A stretch of DNA of 64,000 bases from a virus: IMG/VR virus record IMGVR_UViG_3300007511_000003, positions 96,001-160,000 of that record; one strand, 5' to 3'. Under the pieces are notes generated by a model. It saw only the letters and a list, made by a program, of their open reading frames with translations. It made no database searches and was not told where the DNA came from. The translations under genes and the position numbers were made by a program. This document shows positions 44,768 through 54,600 of this stretch, piece by piece. How positions within the stretch are numbered: the stretch's first letter is position 1; each line of letters begins with the position of its first letter.

Positions 44768-45883
44768 ATGCGTAAGCGTAAAAACAATCCTTACAGTGGG
44801 GTCCAGTTTCAACATGCTGGTGCCTCACAGCAGGTTCTGGCAACAGACTTGCGTCTTCCCGGTACCACTGAGCGTTTTGTTGGACAAGACGGTCATGTGA
44901 ATGCTGGTTCCAACCAAGAGCTGGCTCGGAAAGTTGCAGAGCTGGCCAAGTATATCGAGACCAGCGGTCGCGATGTGGTGACCGAATCTGAAGCCCAACA
45001 GCGGCAAGAGCTGGCGGCCGCCCATCGTGAGATGGTATTGGCAGCTTTTGAAGACCGCGCGGAATTGGCGTCTCTCGGTGAAGTATTGGCCGAAGAGATT
45101 TACATGACCAGCAACCGCGAAGGCTTTATGCGGCGCTTCATGCTTCGCCAAGACCTGGGGCAAGGCCAAATTCCACAGATTGACGTGGATCAAAAGAACG
45201 TCGTGGCCATCGTTTCGACCTCGCCGGTCAAAATCGAAACCCAGTTGGTACGTGACTCCGTCCTGTACCCACCAGAGTTTTACATTTCCAGCCGGCCCTT
45301 CATCGAGCAGCGTGACATCGCCCGCTCCAACACCGACATCCTCGAGAAGAAGTATCTCGAAGCCCTTGAGGGTGTCATGGTAGAAGAGGACCGGGTGTGG
45401 TTGCGTCTAGCCAATGCCACCGTCAACGTCGTCAACACCATGAGCACTGTTGTCGGTACTATGACTCCAGCGGCTTTGGGTGCCATGTCCAACCAGGTTA
45501 CTCGGTGGGGTATCCCTGCCTTGTACTGGCTTATCGCCAATGACATCTGGCAGGATGTGGTGGCCGACGAAGGTTTTCAAACCATCATCGACCAGGTGAG
45601 CAAGTTTGAATTGCTCAAGACCGGGAAACTCGGTACCATCTTGGGCATGGAGGTCATCTCCGACGCCTTCCGTCATCCGCAACACAAGGTTTTGTCTCGC
45701 GGTGAGATGTACATTATCGGGGATGCAACCAACCATGGTCAGTACACTGATCGTGGTGGTGTGGATTCCAAGCCCATCGACGAAACCCATGAGAAGGTTC
45801 CTGGGCGCGGTTGGGTCATGACCGAACTGATGAGCATGGCTATCGCCAACGCTCGCTCCGTCGCCAAAGGCGAGCGTGAGTAA
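44768..45883 (+). CDS. Major capsid protein (HK97 fold, inferred)
   Basis: 371 aa, strong codon bias, EEDRVW and GKLGTILGMEVISD segments, operon position. Confidence 0.8.
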   Translation: MRKRKNNPYSGVQFQHAGASQQVLATDLRLPGTTERFVGQDGHVNAGSNQELARKVAELAKYIETSGRDVVTESEAQQRQELAAAHREMVLAAFEDRAELASLGEVLAEEIYMTSNREGFMRRFMLRQDLGQGQIPQIDVDQKNVVAIVSTSPVKIETQLVRDSVLYPPEFYISSRPFIEQRDIARSNTDILEKKYLEALEGVMVEEDRVWLRLANATVNVVNTMSTVVGTMTPAALGAMSNQVTRWGIPALYWLIANDIWQDVVADEGFQTIIDQVSKFELLKTGKLGTILGMEVISDAFRHPQHKVLSRGEMYIIGDATNHGQYTDRGGVDSKPIDETHEKVPGRGWVMTELMSMAIANARSVAKGERE

Positions 45884-45910
45884 CCCTTGAGAATGTGAAC
45901 GGAGATAACC

Positions 45911-46369
45911 ATGCGATTCAAAGCGTATAGTCGTGAACTCGACCATGTGATTGCTGCCCTTGGATTCATCCGGAAGGGACAATCCAAACTGGCTCGCAAG
46001 CATCTGCTTGCAGCCGCCAAATCCAAGAAAACTGGCGCCCTGCTGGCTTCTTTGGGTCAGGCCAACCAACAGGCTTTGGCCCGTGCCACTGCCCACACCA
46101 AACGCCGTGTCCAAGCCGAGGACGATCTGGGTCTGGATGACCTGGACCTCGAAATGGAGGAAGATCTTGAACTCGATCCGGAAATGGACGACATGGATAT
46201 GGCCGGCGATGATGAAGGAATGGAGGAAGAGGACGTTGGTGAGGATGAGGAAATGGACCTCGAAGAGGATTCCACTGCCTTGACCGCCAGCGCCAAACGC
46301 CGTTTGTCTCGTGCCCAGGCCAATGCCAAGGCTTTGCATCAGAAGCGGCGCCAACAGCGTCAAAAGTAA
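45911..46369 (+). CDS. Acidic/basic hypothetical head protein
   Basis: Central D/E/M tract bounded by VQA|EDD and LTA|SAK. Confidence 0.65.
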   Translation: MRFKAYSRELDHVIAALGFIRKGQSKLARKHLLAAAKSKKTGALLASLGQANQQALARATAHTKRRVQAEDDLGLDDLDLEMEEDLELDPEMDDMDMAGDDEGMEEEDVGEDEEMDLEEDSTALTASAKRRLSRAQANAKALHQKRRQQRQK

Positions 46370-46422
46370 AACCTTAGGTGGGTGGGGTCCCTTGCGGCTC
46401 CACCCGCTTGTAGGTCCTTATA

Positions 46423-47049
46423 ATGACCGAAGAGACAACCACCAAGATACAACCACTATCCTACTATGTGTTTGCTGGTCTCCAGCAAATGATAGCTCAG
46501 GACTTTGCTGTGAAACCACCCATCTTTTCCACAGCAGAGAACGTACAAGAGTTGTTGAGAACAGGTGTTAAACCCGAGTATCCCTTTTGTTACCTGCGTT
46601 TGGTAACAATGGGTGTATCAACCAAAAGTGATGATGGTAAGTCTCGGAACCCACATGAGATGGCACGTCTGGGTATGATGAATAGGTTTAATACTGACCG
46701 ATCAGAAGCCCAAATCACAGCAGCCATTCCTACTACCTATGCCATCGAACTCCATTTTATTACCGATAATTTCAACCAGGTGATGACATTTAACACCAGG
46801 TGGACGTTTGCTCATATTAGAAACCGTTTAGACTTCAAGCTTGGGTACATGGACTTTGACTACGATATTGGTATCGAGTTGGATCCGTCTTTAACCGTAC
46901 CCACCCAGGAAGGGGACCTTTCATCCCCAGGGCCTTTTGAATTCGTTGGCAACCTCTCAGTGCGTGGATATCTCATTAACGATGACCCACGAGACATCCG
47001 GGACGTGCCATTGGTTAAACACCTCAATTTACGGTTGCAAACGACATGA
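46423..47049 (+). CDS. Putative tail completion/terminator protein
   Basis: PEYPFCYLRL; lies between capsid and sheath genes. Confidence 0.5.
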   Translation: MTEETTTKIQPLSYYVFAGLQQMIAQDFAVKPPIFSTAENVQELLRTGVKPEYPFCYLRLVTMGVSTKSDDGKSRNPHEMARLGMMNRFNTDRSEAQITAAIPTTYAIELHFITDNFNQVMTFNTRWTFAHIRNRLDFKLGYMDFDYDIGIELDPSLTVPTQEGDLSSPGPFEFVGNLSVRGYLINDDPRDIRDVPLVKHLNLRLQTT

Positions 47050-47393
47050 GTACTATTGTTTTAAGGCTTGATGCCTACCTATCAAAGGGTTCTGGTGCCC
47101 GACGATATCTTACCAAGGGTAGGCTGGCTGTAGAGGTGGCAGGCGAAGCCGACTGCCGGTGCATAACCATTGACAAAGACAGTGGGTACATTCTGGATCC
47201 CTCTGTCAACAGCAATAAGGTTACTGCACTCGTTGCGTCCGCTCCTCTTGAAGTTGAGGTCACCAGAGCCCCAGACCAGACCTTCAACTTCACCCTTGTA
47301 GGACTCTTTGTATTTCCAGACACCCTCCAGACCGTTCGATTGGTCAATACTGACACAAAGAACAAAGTGGAGGTAGAGTTAATCCACGGATAA
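47046..47393 (+). CDS. Hypothetical structural protein
   Basis: 115-aa ORF with ATGA overlap. Confidence 0.6.
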   Translation: MSTIVLRLDAYLSKGSGARRYLTKGRLAVEVAGEADCRCITIDKDSGYILDPSVNSNKVTALVASAPLEVEVTRAPDQTFNFTLVGLFVFPDTLQTVRLVNTDTKNKVEVELIHG

Positions 47394-47411
47394 CGTTGAA
47401 GGAGACGTTTC

Positions 47412-47624
47412 ATGACCGACGAAAGTCCTGTTCCTGCTCAGGAGCAAAAGGTTGTTATCGTGAGTCGGCGTGATCATCCGGTGCGGGTAAAGTTAAAGCC
47501 TGCACCTGGCGACCCGGAGAAAGGGAATTACATTATGATCCCTCCTCGTGGTCGCTCCCGGAAGATCGCCCAATCCCGGCTCGATGTGGTTCCACCTACT
47601 GTAGTTGCCGTTCCGGCAACTTAA
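47412..47624 (+). CDS. Small hypothetical protein
   Basis: 70 aa with AAGGAG RBS. Confidence 0.6.
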   Translation: MTDESPVPAQEQKVVIVSRRDHPVRVKLKPAPGDPEKGNYIMIPPRGRSRKIAQSRLDVVPPTVVAVPAT

Positions 47625-47638
47625 AGGAGATTTAAGGC

Positions 47639-49210
47639 ATGGGTGTAGCCACTGGTGTTCCAAAGGTCAATATTCGGGAGATCGACCTTACCACAAAAGT
47701 ACCGTCATTCCCTGGCGTGTACGGTGGTATTATTATTCCCGGCGCCAAGAAAGGTCCTGTGAGTGACCCGTACTTGTGCGCTTCTGAGACTCAGTTCTTG
47801 CAGGTGTTTACACCTGACGAGCGGATTGAAGTCGGTTACGACTTGGCTTACTACTCAGCTATTGCGTTCCTGGCAAAGTCCAACAAACTCTGGGTCATCC
47901 GCGCTGCCATTAATTCGCTGTACGGCGGTGTTGCAATTTTGGAGTCTGGTGGTGGTTCCGCCATCCCTGTGACTGCCGGTATTGAAGACCCTGAAGCCTA
48001 TGCTTTTGGTGGTAATGAGTGTCTGCTCATTACAGGCGCTAGCCAAGGCGACTGGGCAAATGACCTGTATGTTGAGGTCCTTGACAATGACGAGAAGGAA
48101 CCCGGCTCTTTTCGTATCAACGTCATCAAAAATGGTGTCGAAGTCGAGCGGTTTGTCTGTAGCCGGACTGCTGGTACAAAAGATGGTTATGGTCGCAACA
48201 TCTACGTTGAGGACGTGACCCGTGCCAGCCGGTATATCTCTGTCGTTGACAACATTGCCATCGATCCAGAGGTTTTGCCAGAGTTCACCACAACCCCTGT
48301 TCAAATGGCGTCTGGTGACGATGGCGACCCTGTTACCGACAACGAGATGATCTTGAACCTCGACAAGTTCAGTAACAAGAACAATGCTCCAATGACGCTG
48401 CTCATGGATGGTGGCCGGGCAACTGAAGGCTACCAATTGGCACTTATCCAGCTGTGCGAAGCCCGCAAGGATTGTATCACCATCTTGTCGGTTCCGTTCG
48501 AAGCTGAGGATAGCGCGGATTACGTCAACGAGATCATCGACTATCGTGACAACCAACTCAATGCCAGTTCCAGCTATGCGGCGATGTACAGCCCGCATGT
48601 GCTGATCGAGGACAAGTTCAACGATCGTCAGATCTACGTCAGCCCGGATGGTTACGTCGGTGGTATCATTTCGGAAACCGCTGCCAACTATGAAATCTGG
48701 TATCCGCCTGCTGGTGCCCGTCGTGGTACTTTGTTGGTGCTGGATGTTCGGCGTCGGTTCCTTGAAGGTGAGATGGACCTCTTGTTTGACAAGGGTATCA
48801 ACCCAATTCGTTTCCGTCCTGGTCAGGGTATTGCGGTTTGGGGTGACAAGACTTTGTTGGGTCGTCCGTCCAACCTCGATCAGTTGTCAACTCGGTTGCT
48901 GTTGATCGTTCTGGAGCCTGCCATCGCAGAAGCGTTGGAAGACTTCGAGTTTGAACTCAATGATGTGGCGTCTCGTGCCCTTGTTGAATCCATGATCAAC
49001 AGTTACATGGAAGGCATCAAGGCGCGGCGTGGTGTCTACGGCTTCATGACCGTGTGTAACGAGGACAACAACACGCCAGAGGACATTGGCAACGACCGCA
49101 TGAACGTTGACTTGTTCGTGAAGCCCATCCGTGGTATCCGGTACATCGAGTTCACCACCATTATCACTCGGACGAGCATGGACTTCAAGCTCGCCCAACA
49201 GTCGATTTAA
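47639..49210 (+). CDS. Tail sheath protein
   Basis: PKVNIREIDLT, KGPV, WYPPAGARRG, GINPI, VWGDKTL, FELND, CNEDNNTP. Confidence 0.96.
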   Translation: MGVATGVPKVNIREIDLTTKVPSFPGVYGGIIIPGAKKGPVSDPYLCASETQFLQVFTPDERIEVGYDLAYYSAIAFLAKSNKLWVIRAAINSLYGGVAILESGGGSAIPVTAGIEDPEAYAFGGNECLLITGASQGDWANDLYVEVLDNDEKEPGSFRINVIKNGVEVERFVCSRTAGTKDGYGRNIYVEDVTRASRYISVVDNIAIDPEVLPEFTTTPVQMASGDDGDPVTDNEMILNLDKFSNKNNAPMTLLMDGGRATEGYQLALIQLCEARKDCITILSVPFEAEDSADYVNEIIDYRDNQLNASSSYAAMYSPHVLIEDKFNDRQIYVSPDGYVGGIISETAANYEIWYPPAGARRGTLLVLDVRRRFLEGEMDLLFDKGINPIRFRPGQGIAVWGDKTLLGRPSNLDQLSTRLLLIVLEPAIAEALEDFEFELNDVASRALVESMINSYMEGIKARRGVYGFMTVCNEDNNTPEDIGNDRMNVDLFVKPIRGIRYIEFTTIITRTSMDFKLAQQSI

Positions 49211-49225
49211 AGGAGGTAGCACGAT

Positions 49226-49828
49226 ATGCCGCGACCAACTATTGAGAACATTCGGGGCTTGCCTGATTTTGCTCCGATGTACAAATGGAATGTGGAGATT
49301 TCGACACCGCCAAAGTCGGTTCCCACTCCACCAACCTTGAACTTCCAATGCCTGTCCTCTGAAATCCCCAAGATGGATGATGGCCAAGACATTGAGATCA
49401 AAATCCGTGGTCACAACATCCAACAGCCAGGTATCTATGACTATACCCACAGCCTGACCCTGAAGTTTGTTGAGACCATCGACAACGTGATGAACATCTG
49501 GTTCCAGAAATGGCGGGAAGCCGTCTGGCAGACAGGAACCGGTATCCAGGAGATGCGTAAGGATACAGAAGCGGTTCTTAACCTGTTCCGCCTCAATCGG
49601 CAAGATGAACCGATCTGGCGTTATGAGGTAATCGGTTGCTTCCTCAAAGGGTACGACCCTTCCGGTGGTGAACTGGATGGTGAAAACTCGGAGATCCTGC
49701 GGCCCGAACTGATCTTGACCTACCACTATTTTAAGGACTATCCAATGTCCGGTGGTGGTGGTCGTGTCTCAGGTACTTCTGCCTCCACGGCAAGCGCACA
49801 ATCCGGATCACAGGCGGCTGGAGCGTAA
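49226..49828 (+). CDS. Tail tube protein
   Basis: Follows the sheath gene; T4 gp19-like pattern (LTLKFVET...WREAV). Confidence 0.85.
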   Translation: MPRPTIENIRGLPDFAPMYKWNVEISTPPKSVPTPPTLNFQCLSSEIPKMDDGQDIEIKIRGHNIQQPGIYDYTHSLTLKFVETIDNVMNIWFQKWREAVWQTGTGIQEMRKDTEAVLNLFRLNRQDEPIWRYEVIGCFLKGYDPSGGELDGENSEILRPELILTYHYFKDYPMSGGGGRVSGTSASTASAQSGSQAAGA

Positions 49829-49860
49829 AAGCTCCTCGCATCACAGTAGTACCCCGAGAA

Positions 49861-49898
49861 GGGCCAGCGAGGCACCAACCTGGCTGGCCCTTTTTTTT
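49861..49898 (+). terminator. Intrinsic terminator
   Basis: GGGCCAGC...GCTGGCCC followed by T8. Confidence 0.9.
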
Positions 49899-49914
49899 GT
49901 TTAAGGAGTATGGT

Positions 49915-50505
49915 ATGGCATTGTTTTTAAAGCATATCGAACAAGTCCGGTCTATTGACTGGGGAAAGGCCTACTTATGGGATATCCTACTCCCTGACGC
50001 TCCTCCACCCTTTCATAAGTGGTTCCCCGCCACTGACGTGGAGGAACCCCTGTTCAATGTCGAGTCATTTAACTTCGACAGTTCCATGGGTGTGCATAAA
50101 ATTCCATTAAGGAACGGTGGTGCCCCTGTGATGAAGATCACGTTTCTGGACAATGACCGCCACGCCCTCTCCGACTTTTTTGAGGAATGGGTAGATGATC
50201 AAGTCCTCCCAAAGGACCGGACAACTGTAAATTGGGTAGAGAGTGCTGTCAAATCCATCATGATCGCTAAGTATGATCATACCCACAGTAACATCAAGAC
50301 CGTTAATTACTGGGTGTACCCAGAAGGGGAACTTGGGTTCCACGGTTCCGGTGAATCCTCCTCGGAGCCTTTGGTGCTTGATTTCGTTATTGTGGGTAAG
50401 GGTAAGCAAAAAGGTAGTGTGGGTGGAGTAGCCCCACAAATGTCCACGAGCCTTTCCAGTCTCATTCCAAATATCCCGAATGTCAGTGGACTTTTTTTAA
50501 CGTAG
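49915..50505 (+). CDS. Tail tube-like/tube initiator protein
   Basis: Resembles the tube protein (ITFLDND...FEEWVD); ATG at 49915 after AAGGAG. Confidence 0.7.
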   Translation: MALFLKHIEQVRSIDWGKAYLWDILLPDAPPPFHKWFPATDVEEPLFNVESFNFDSSMGVHKIPLRNGGAPVMKITFLDNDRHALSDFFEEWVDDQVLPKDRTTVNWVESAVKSIMIAKYDHTHSNIKTVNYWVYPEGELGFHGSGESSSEPLVLDFVIVGKGKQKGSVGGVAPQMSTSLSSLIPNIPNVSGLFLT

Positions 50506-50538
50506 AGCCGATAACAAAATAGGAGAAGGAGAGCCGAT

Positions 50539-51528
50539 ATGACAACACCGGAACAAAAGGCAGGTACTTTTGTACCACCTATGGGACCTGGAGTCCCTGG
50601 GGTATCCCCTGCCGCCGCGAGCACAGGGAACGATCCTAACGTGGCTATACCTAGCAGTCCCAAGGTAAAGCCAACTACTGTAACCGAAACTCCGTCAGAT
50701 CCTCACAAGGATCGGTTTCCGACGAGTGCTCTCAACAAACCGGAGGACCTTCCGTCCCAAGGTAAAGCCTATGATAAAGGATACACTATTACCTACCGGC
50801 CGTATTCCTTTGGAGAGATAAAAAAGTTCGGTCAATCCACTGGTATGTCTACCCATGACAAACTCCAGTTTTTGGCTAAAGGAGTAGAGACCTCTTTTGA
50901 CGGCGCACTGAAGATGACCTTACAGGACTTCCTGTATGTGTGTTTCTTGCGAAAGTTATCCACGATGGGTGCCCAGCAATTTTTGTTGGACCTGGTGTGC
51001 CCACACTGTAAGCAAAAGCAGACCAAAACCTTACAGTTTGACGATATCGCGTTTGACGAGATCCAGGCCCCTGCCCTGCCCGCTATCGTTACCGTGGGTG
51101 GTCAAGAGCTTCACATCTCTCCGATTACGCTGGAGGGGTATCTAAAGGCTCTCAAGGATGGATACGCTGAACGTGAATTCCAACGTGGTACTGATGGTCA
51201 GGTGTTGACAGACCAGGAAGGGGAGCCATTACGCGAACCCGATGATGAGGTTGCGTTGATGGCACTCCAAGTAACGAACAAACCTTTTGACGAGGCGTAT
51301 ACCCTCATTGAGAGCGCGGTTGGGGAAGAGTCCTGGGTACTGCAGAGCCTGGACAATTATTTCTTTCATGGTGTGAAACCCCACGAAACAGCCTGCTCGA
51401 AGAAAACATGCGGAGGTAAGATGAGTGTTCGTATTGATGCAAAAGAAACACTCATCTATCCTTTTCGTGAAGGGGAGGACGCTATTCGAGATCGCGTTCA
51501 GTTTGGGGTACCGAATGCAGGGCCTTGA
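50539..51528 (+). CDS. Tail/baseplate hub assembly chaperone (T4 gp26-like)
   Basis: LPSQG..Y, ITYRPY, CPHC...CSKKTCG; lies before the tape measure gene. Confidence 0.75.
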   Translation: MTTPEQKAGTFVPPMGPGVPGVSPAAASTGNDPNVAIPSSPKVKPTTVTETPSDPHKDRFPTSALNKPEDLPSQGKAYDKGYTITYRPYSFGEIKKFGQSTGMSTHDKLQFLAKGVETSFDGALKMTLQDFLYVCFLRKLSTMGAQQFLLDLVCPHCKQKQTKTLQFDDIAFDEIQAPALPAIVTVGGQELHISPITLEGYLKALKDGYAEREFQRGTDGQVLTDQEGEPLREPDDEVALMALQVTNKPFDEAYTLIESAVGEESWVLQSLDNYFFHGVKPHETACSKKTCGGKMSVRIDAKETLIYPFREGEDAIRDRVQFGVPNAGP

Positions 51529-51628
51529 CATAACTGGATTGGATAACTTGGACTACGGTGAGGTCCTGTTCTATGCTCAGCGTTTGGCCAAGCAAATGAA
51601 GGAAGAGAGGAAGCATCTCGGTGGCTGA
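51464..51628 (+). CDS. +1-frame chaperone extension (gp51/gpGT-like)
   Basis: LFEIAFSLGY...LDNLDYGEVLFYAQRLAKQMKEE fills the gap to the tape measure gene; CCT TTT CGT at 51460-51468. Confidence 0.6.
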   Translation, partial: FVKGRTLFEIAFSLGYRMQGLDITGLDNLDYGEVLFYAQRLAKQMKEERKHLGG

Positions 51629-54600
51629 TTTTCCTACCCTTGGTGGTGTGAGCGACAGCATCAGTAATGCCCTTGGAGGAGTCTTTGGGGAATCCTTCGG
51701 GGGTATCTTTGTTCCGGAGGCAGAAAAACTCCACCGACAACTCACCTCTGTAGTAGCCCGTCTAAAGACTACTGAAAAGTTTATCCAGGTTGATGCCGAA
51801 GCCAAGCTGACCTTAGAGCAAGAGTTGGCTACCGCTCGAGAGGACGACAACCAAGAACAAATCGACCTGTTAACTCGTCAGATGGAGGCGATGGAGCGCC
51901 TCCAAGAACTGATGGAGGACCAGGATGCTCAGTCCTACCAAGAGAAAGTCTTGGACCGCGAAGCCCTAAACGCGGAACAAGCAGCCGCCCTTATCACTCA
52001 CATGCGGCAGGTTTCAGAGAACATGGACGTTCTCCAAGATCGTATGGAAGGAAGCGGGGCCGACATCGTTGGGGCTTACCGTGATACCATCATGGACCAA
52101 CGTGTTGACAACGCCCACCGCATGACTATGCTTCAGGAACTTGTGTCGAATGTCAAAGAAACCGGCAAGTCTCCGGAAGTAGTAGCACAACTTGAACGAC
52201 TCTCACGCCAAAGCAACCTTACCGAAGCACAACTTGCTACTGTTGGGTCCACACTTGACGGGTACCAGAAACACCTCCAGGAGCTAGGGGGTATCCGGGA
52301 TCTGCAAGAACAGACACAAGCTTTGCTGGATAACCAAGATGTTGACGCAGGTGTACGACAACAACAGCTAGAACAATTTATTTCTCACTTATCAACTTTT
52401 GACGATTTTGGGTCTGAGGTCGCTTCTCTGCGGGATGCCACCAAAGATGGTGCCGATCTAAACAGAGAACAGTTGGAAGAAGTTCGGCGTGTGATGGACC
52501 GGGTATCCGATAAAACTACAGAGGCAAAAACCCTCCACAGTTTACGGGAACTCAATACCAACTTTGACCGCGCCATCATGACCAACGAGCAACTGTCAGA
52601 AGGTCTGACAGAGAATAAGCTCCAAGAAAAATTTAAGGCGAACCCCAGTTTGGTTGCTGAAGGCCGGGAGATGGCAAATACCGGCATGAGCTTGCTCTTG
52701 TCCCAGATCAGCCCCGCCCTCGGAATGGTTGATCAGGCCTTCGGAGGAGCCCTGTCCTCGATGTTAGAGGCCCTGCTTGCCTCTGCTGTAGGTAAGATCG
52801 GATCCGTCGTGGCAGCCCCTTTCAGGGGCATGGCTAACATGGTTACAAGTACGGTTAGCGGTATCTTGAGTCCTGTAAGGGATACTGCCACTGGGGCCTT
52901 CAGTTCCTTGACGGCTGGTGTCACTAATCGTGTAGGCATGGCCATGACGGCTATGAAAGATAAGCTCGCCCGTGGTGTTGGTTCTATGGTGGGTCACGTA
53001 CAAAATGGCTTAGGTAGCCTAGCCAACAGTCCGATGGTGACCTCGGCTTTCGATAGTATTAAAAACCTGGGCAACAAAGGTATGCTCAAGTTTGGGGAGA
53101 TGGTAGGACATGTCCAAGGGTTTGCCTCCAAAGGTATGACGGCTTTGGGTGGCCTTACTTCTCGCGTCACTTCCTCAATAGGGTCTCTCGTATCTTCGGG
53201 TACCGCCTCCCTATCAGGAATGGCTGGTCAAGCACGTACAACCTTCGGTTCCTTAACCTCCTCTGTTACGTCCACACTTGGAGGACTTGCAGCCAAAGGT
53301 AAAGCGAGTTTGGCAGGTCTTGCATCTTCTGGACGTGGTTCTCTTGGTCGCCTTGCTTCAAAAGGTGTTGCGTCTCTCTCAGGTCTAGCCTCAAAAGGCT
53401 TGGACCTTCTAGGTTCCTTAAAAGACAAAATGGGTGAACCAGCACTTCCAGGGGGAGGTGGTCCTCTTCGTAAGATCGGCAAAATGTTTGGGCCCGTTGG
53501 TAAGCTTTTAAGTAAAGCGGCCCCGCTTTTAAGTAAAGCGGCACCCATTGCTATGGCAGGCATGGCACTTGTTGACGGTGTTTCTGCCATCAGCAGATCT
53601 GCTGATATCTTTGGAAAAGCAGAAGGCGAAAAAACCTCCCTTGGTGAAGATATCTCCGCCGGTCTTGGTGGTGCCCTATCAGGTTTTACTATGGGGTTTA
53701 TCGGGGAAGATACGCTCGCCAAGGGTATTCATGGGGTTGGCTCTGCTGTTAGCGATGCCGTATCTGGTATTGGGAATGTCCTTACCTTTGGCCTTTTCAG
53801 TGACGATGATGGGGGTAAGGAGGATAAAAAGAAGAAAGAAAAAGAGGTACCGAAGGTAGAGCCTAAGTACGTGGAACCACCATCCCTTCTCAATCGTATG
53901 TCTTTCGGATTATTTGGGGATGACGGTACTACCGAGGAAGAAGCGAAGGCCGCCAAGAGAAAGGCTATTATTCCGGCTCAGGTAGATGGTGTGGCACCAG
54001 AGGAACAAAAAGCTCTGGTGGACACCCACATGCAGTCCTACATTTCAGATGCTGAAGTACCTGCTGGGGTAGCCGGAGACCAGTTTAAAACAAACCAGCT
54101 GGTATACGCCGAGCGATCTAATTGGGTATCTGAAGCCGAATCCGCCGACCTGCAACCTAACTTGATGGCTAAACGAAACTTTCGAGCTCAGATGACCAGC
54201 AAGGTACATGGTCAATGGGCACCTGAACAACAAACACAAGAATCGGAGGTAGCACAAGCGGAAGCCAAGGCAGTAGCAACGGTTCCAGCCGGAGCGGAAG
54301 AAGCCCCATCTATCTTGGACAAGGTGCTTGATGTCGCATCCATGGTATCCCCAATAGGTATCATAGGGAAAGGAATATCCGGCTTATTTGGAAAGGAAGA
54401 CCCTGCTGTTGTTGATCAAGCAGTACTAGGAGCCGAAGCACAAGAACAATCCTTGTTGTCTAAGGTAGGCAGTGCCGTGGCCTCCCTTACTCCATTCGGA
54501 TTAATCTCCAAAGGGCTAGGCGCCATCTTTGGGGATGACTCAGCCCCTGATCCGGTGGCCGCTGAAGCTGTAGCCCAGAGATCAGCCTCTGAGGCGTCGG

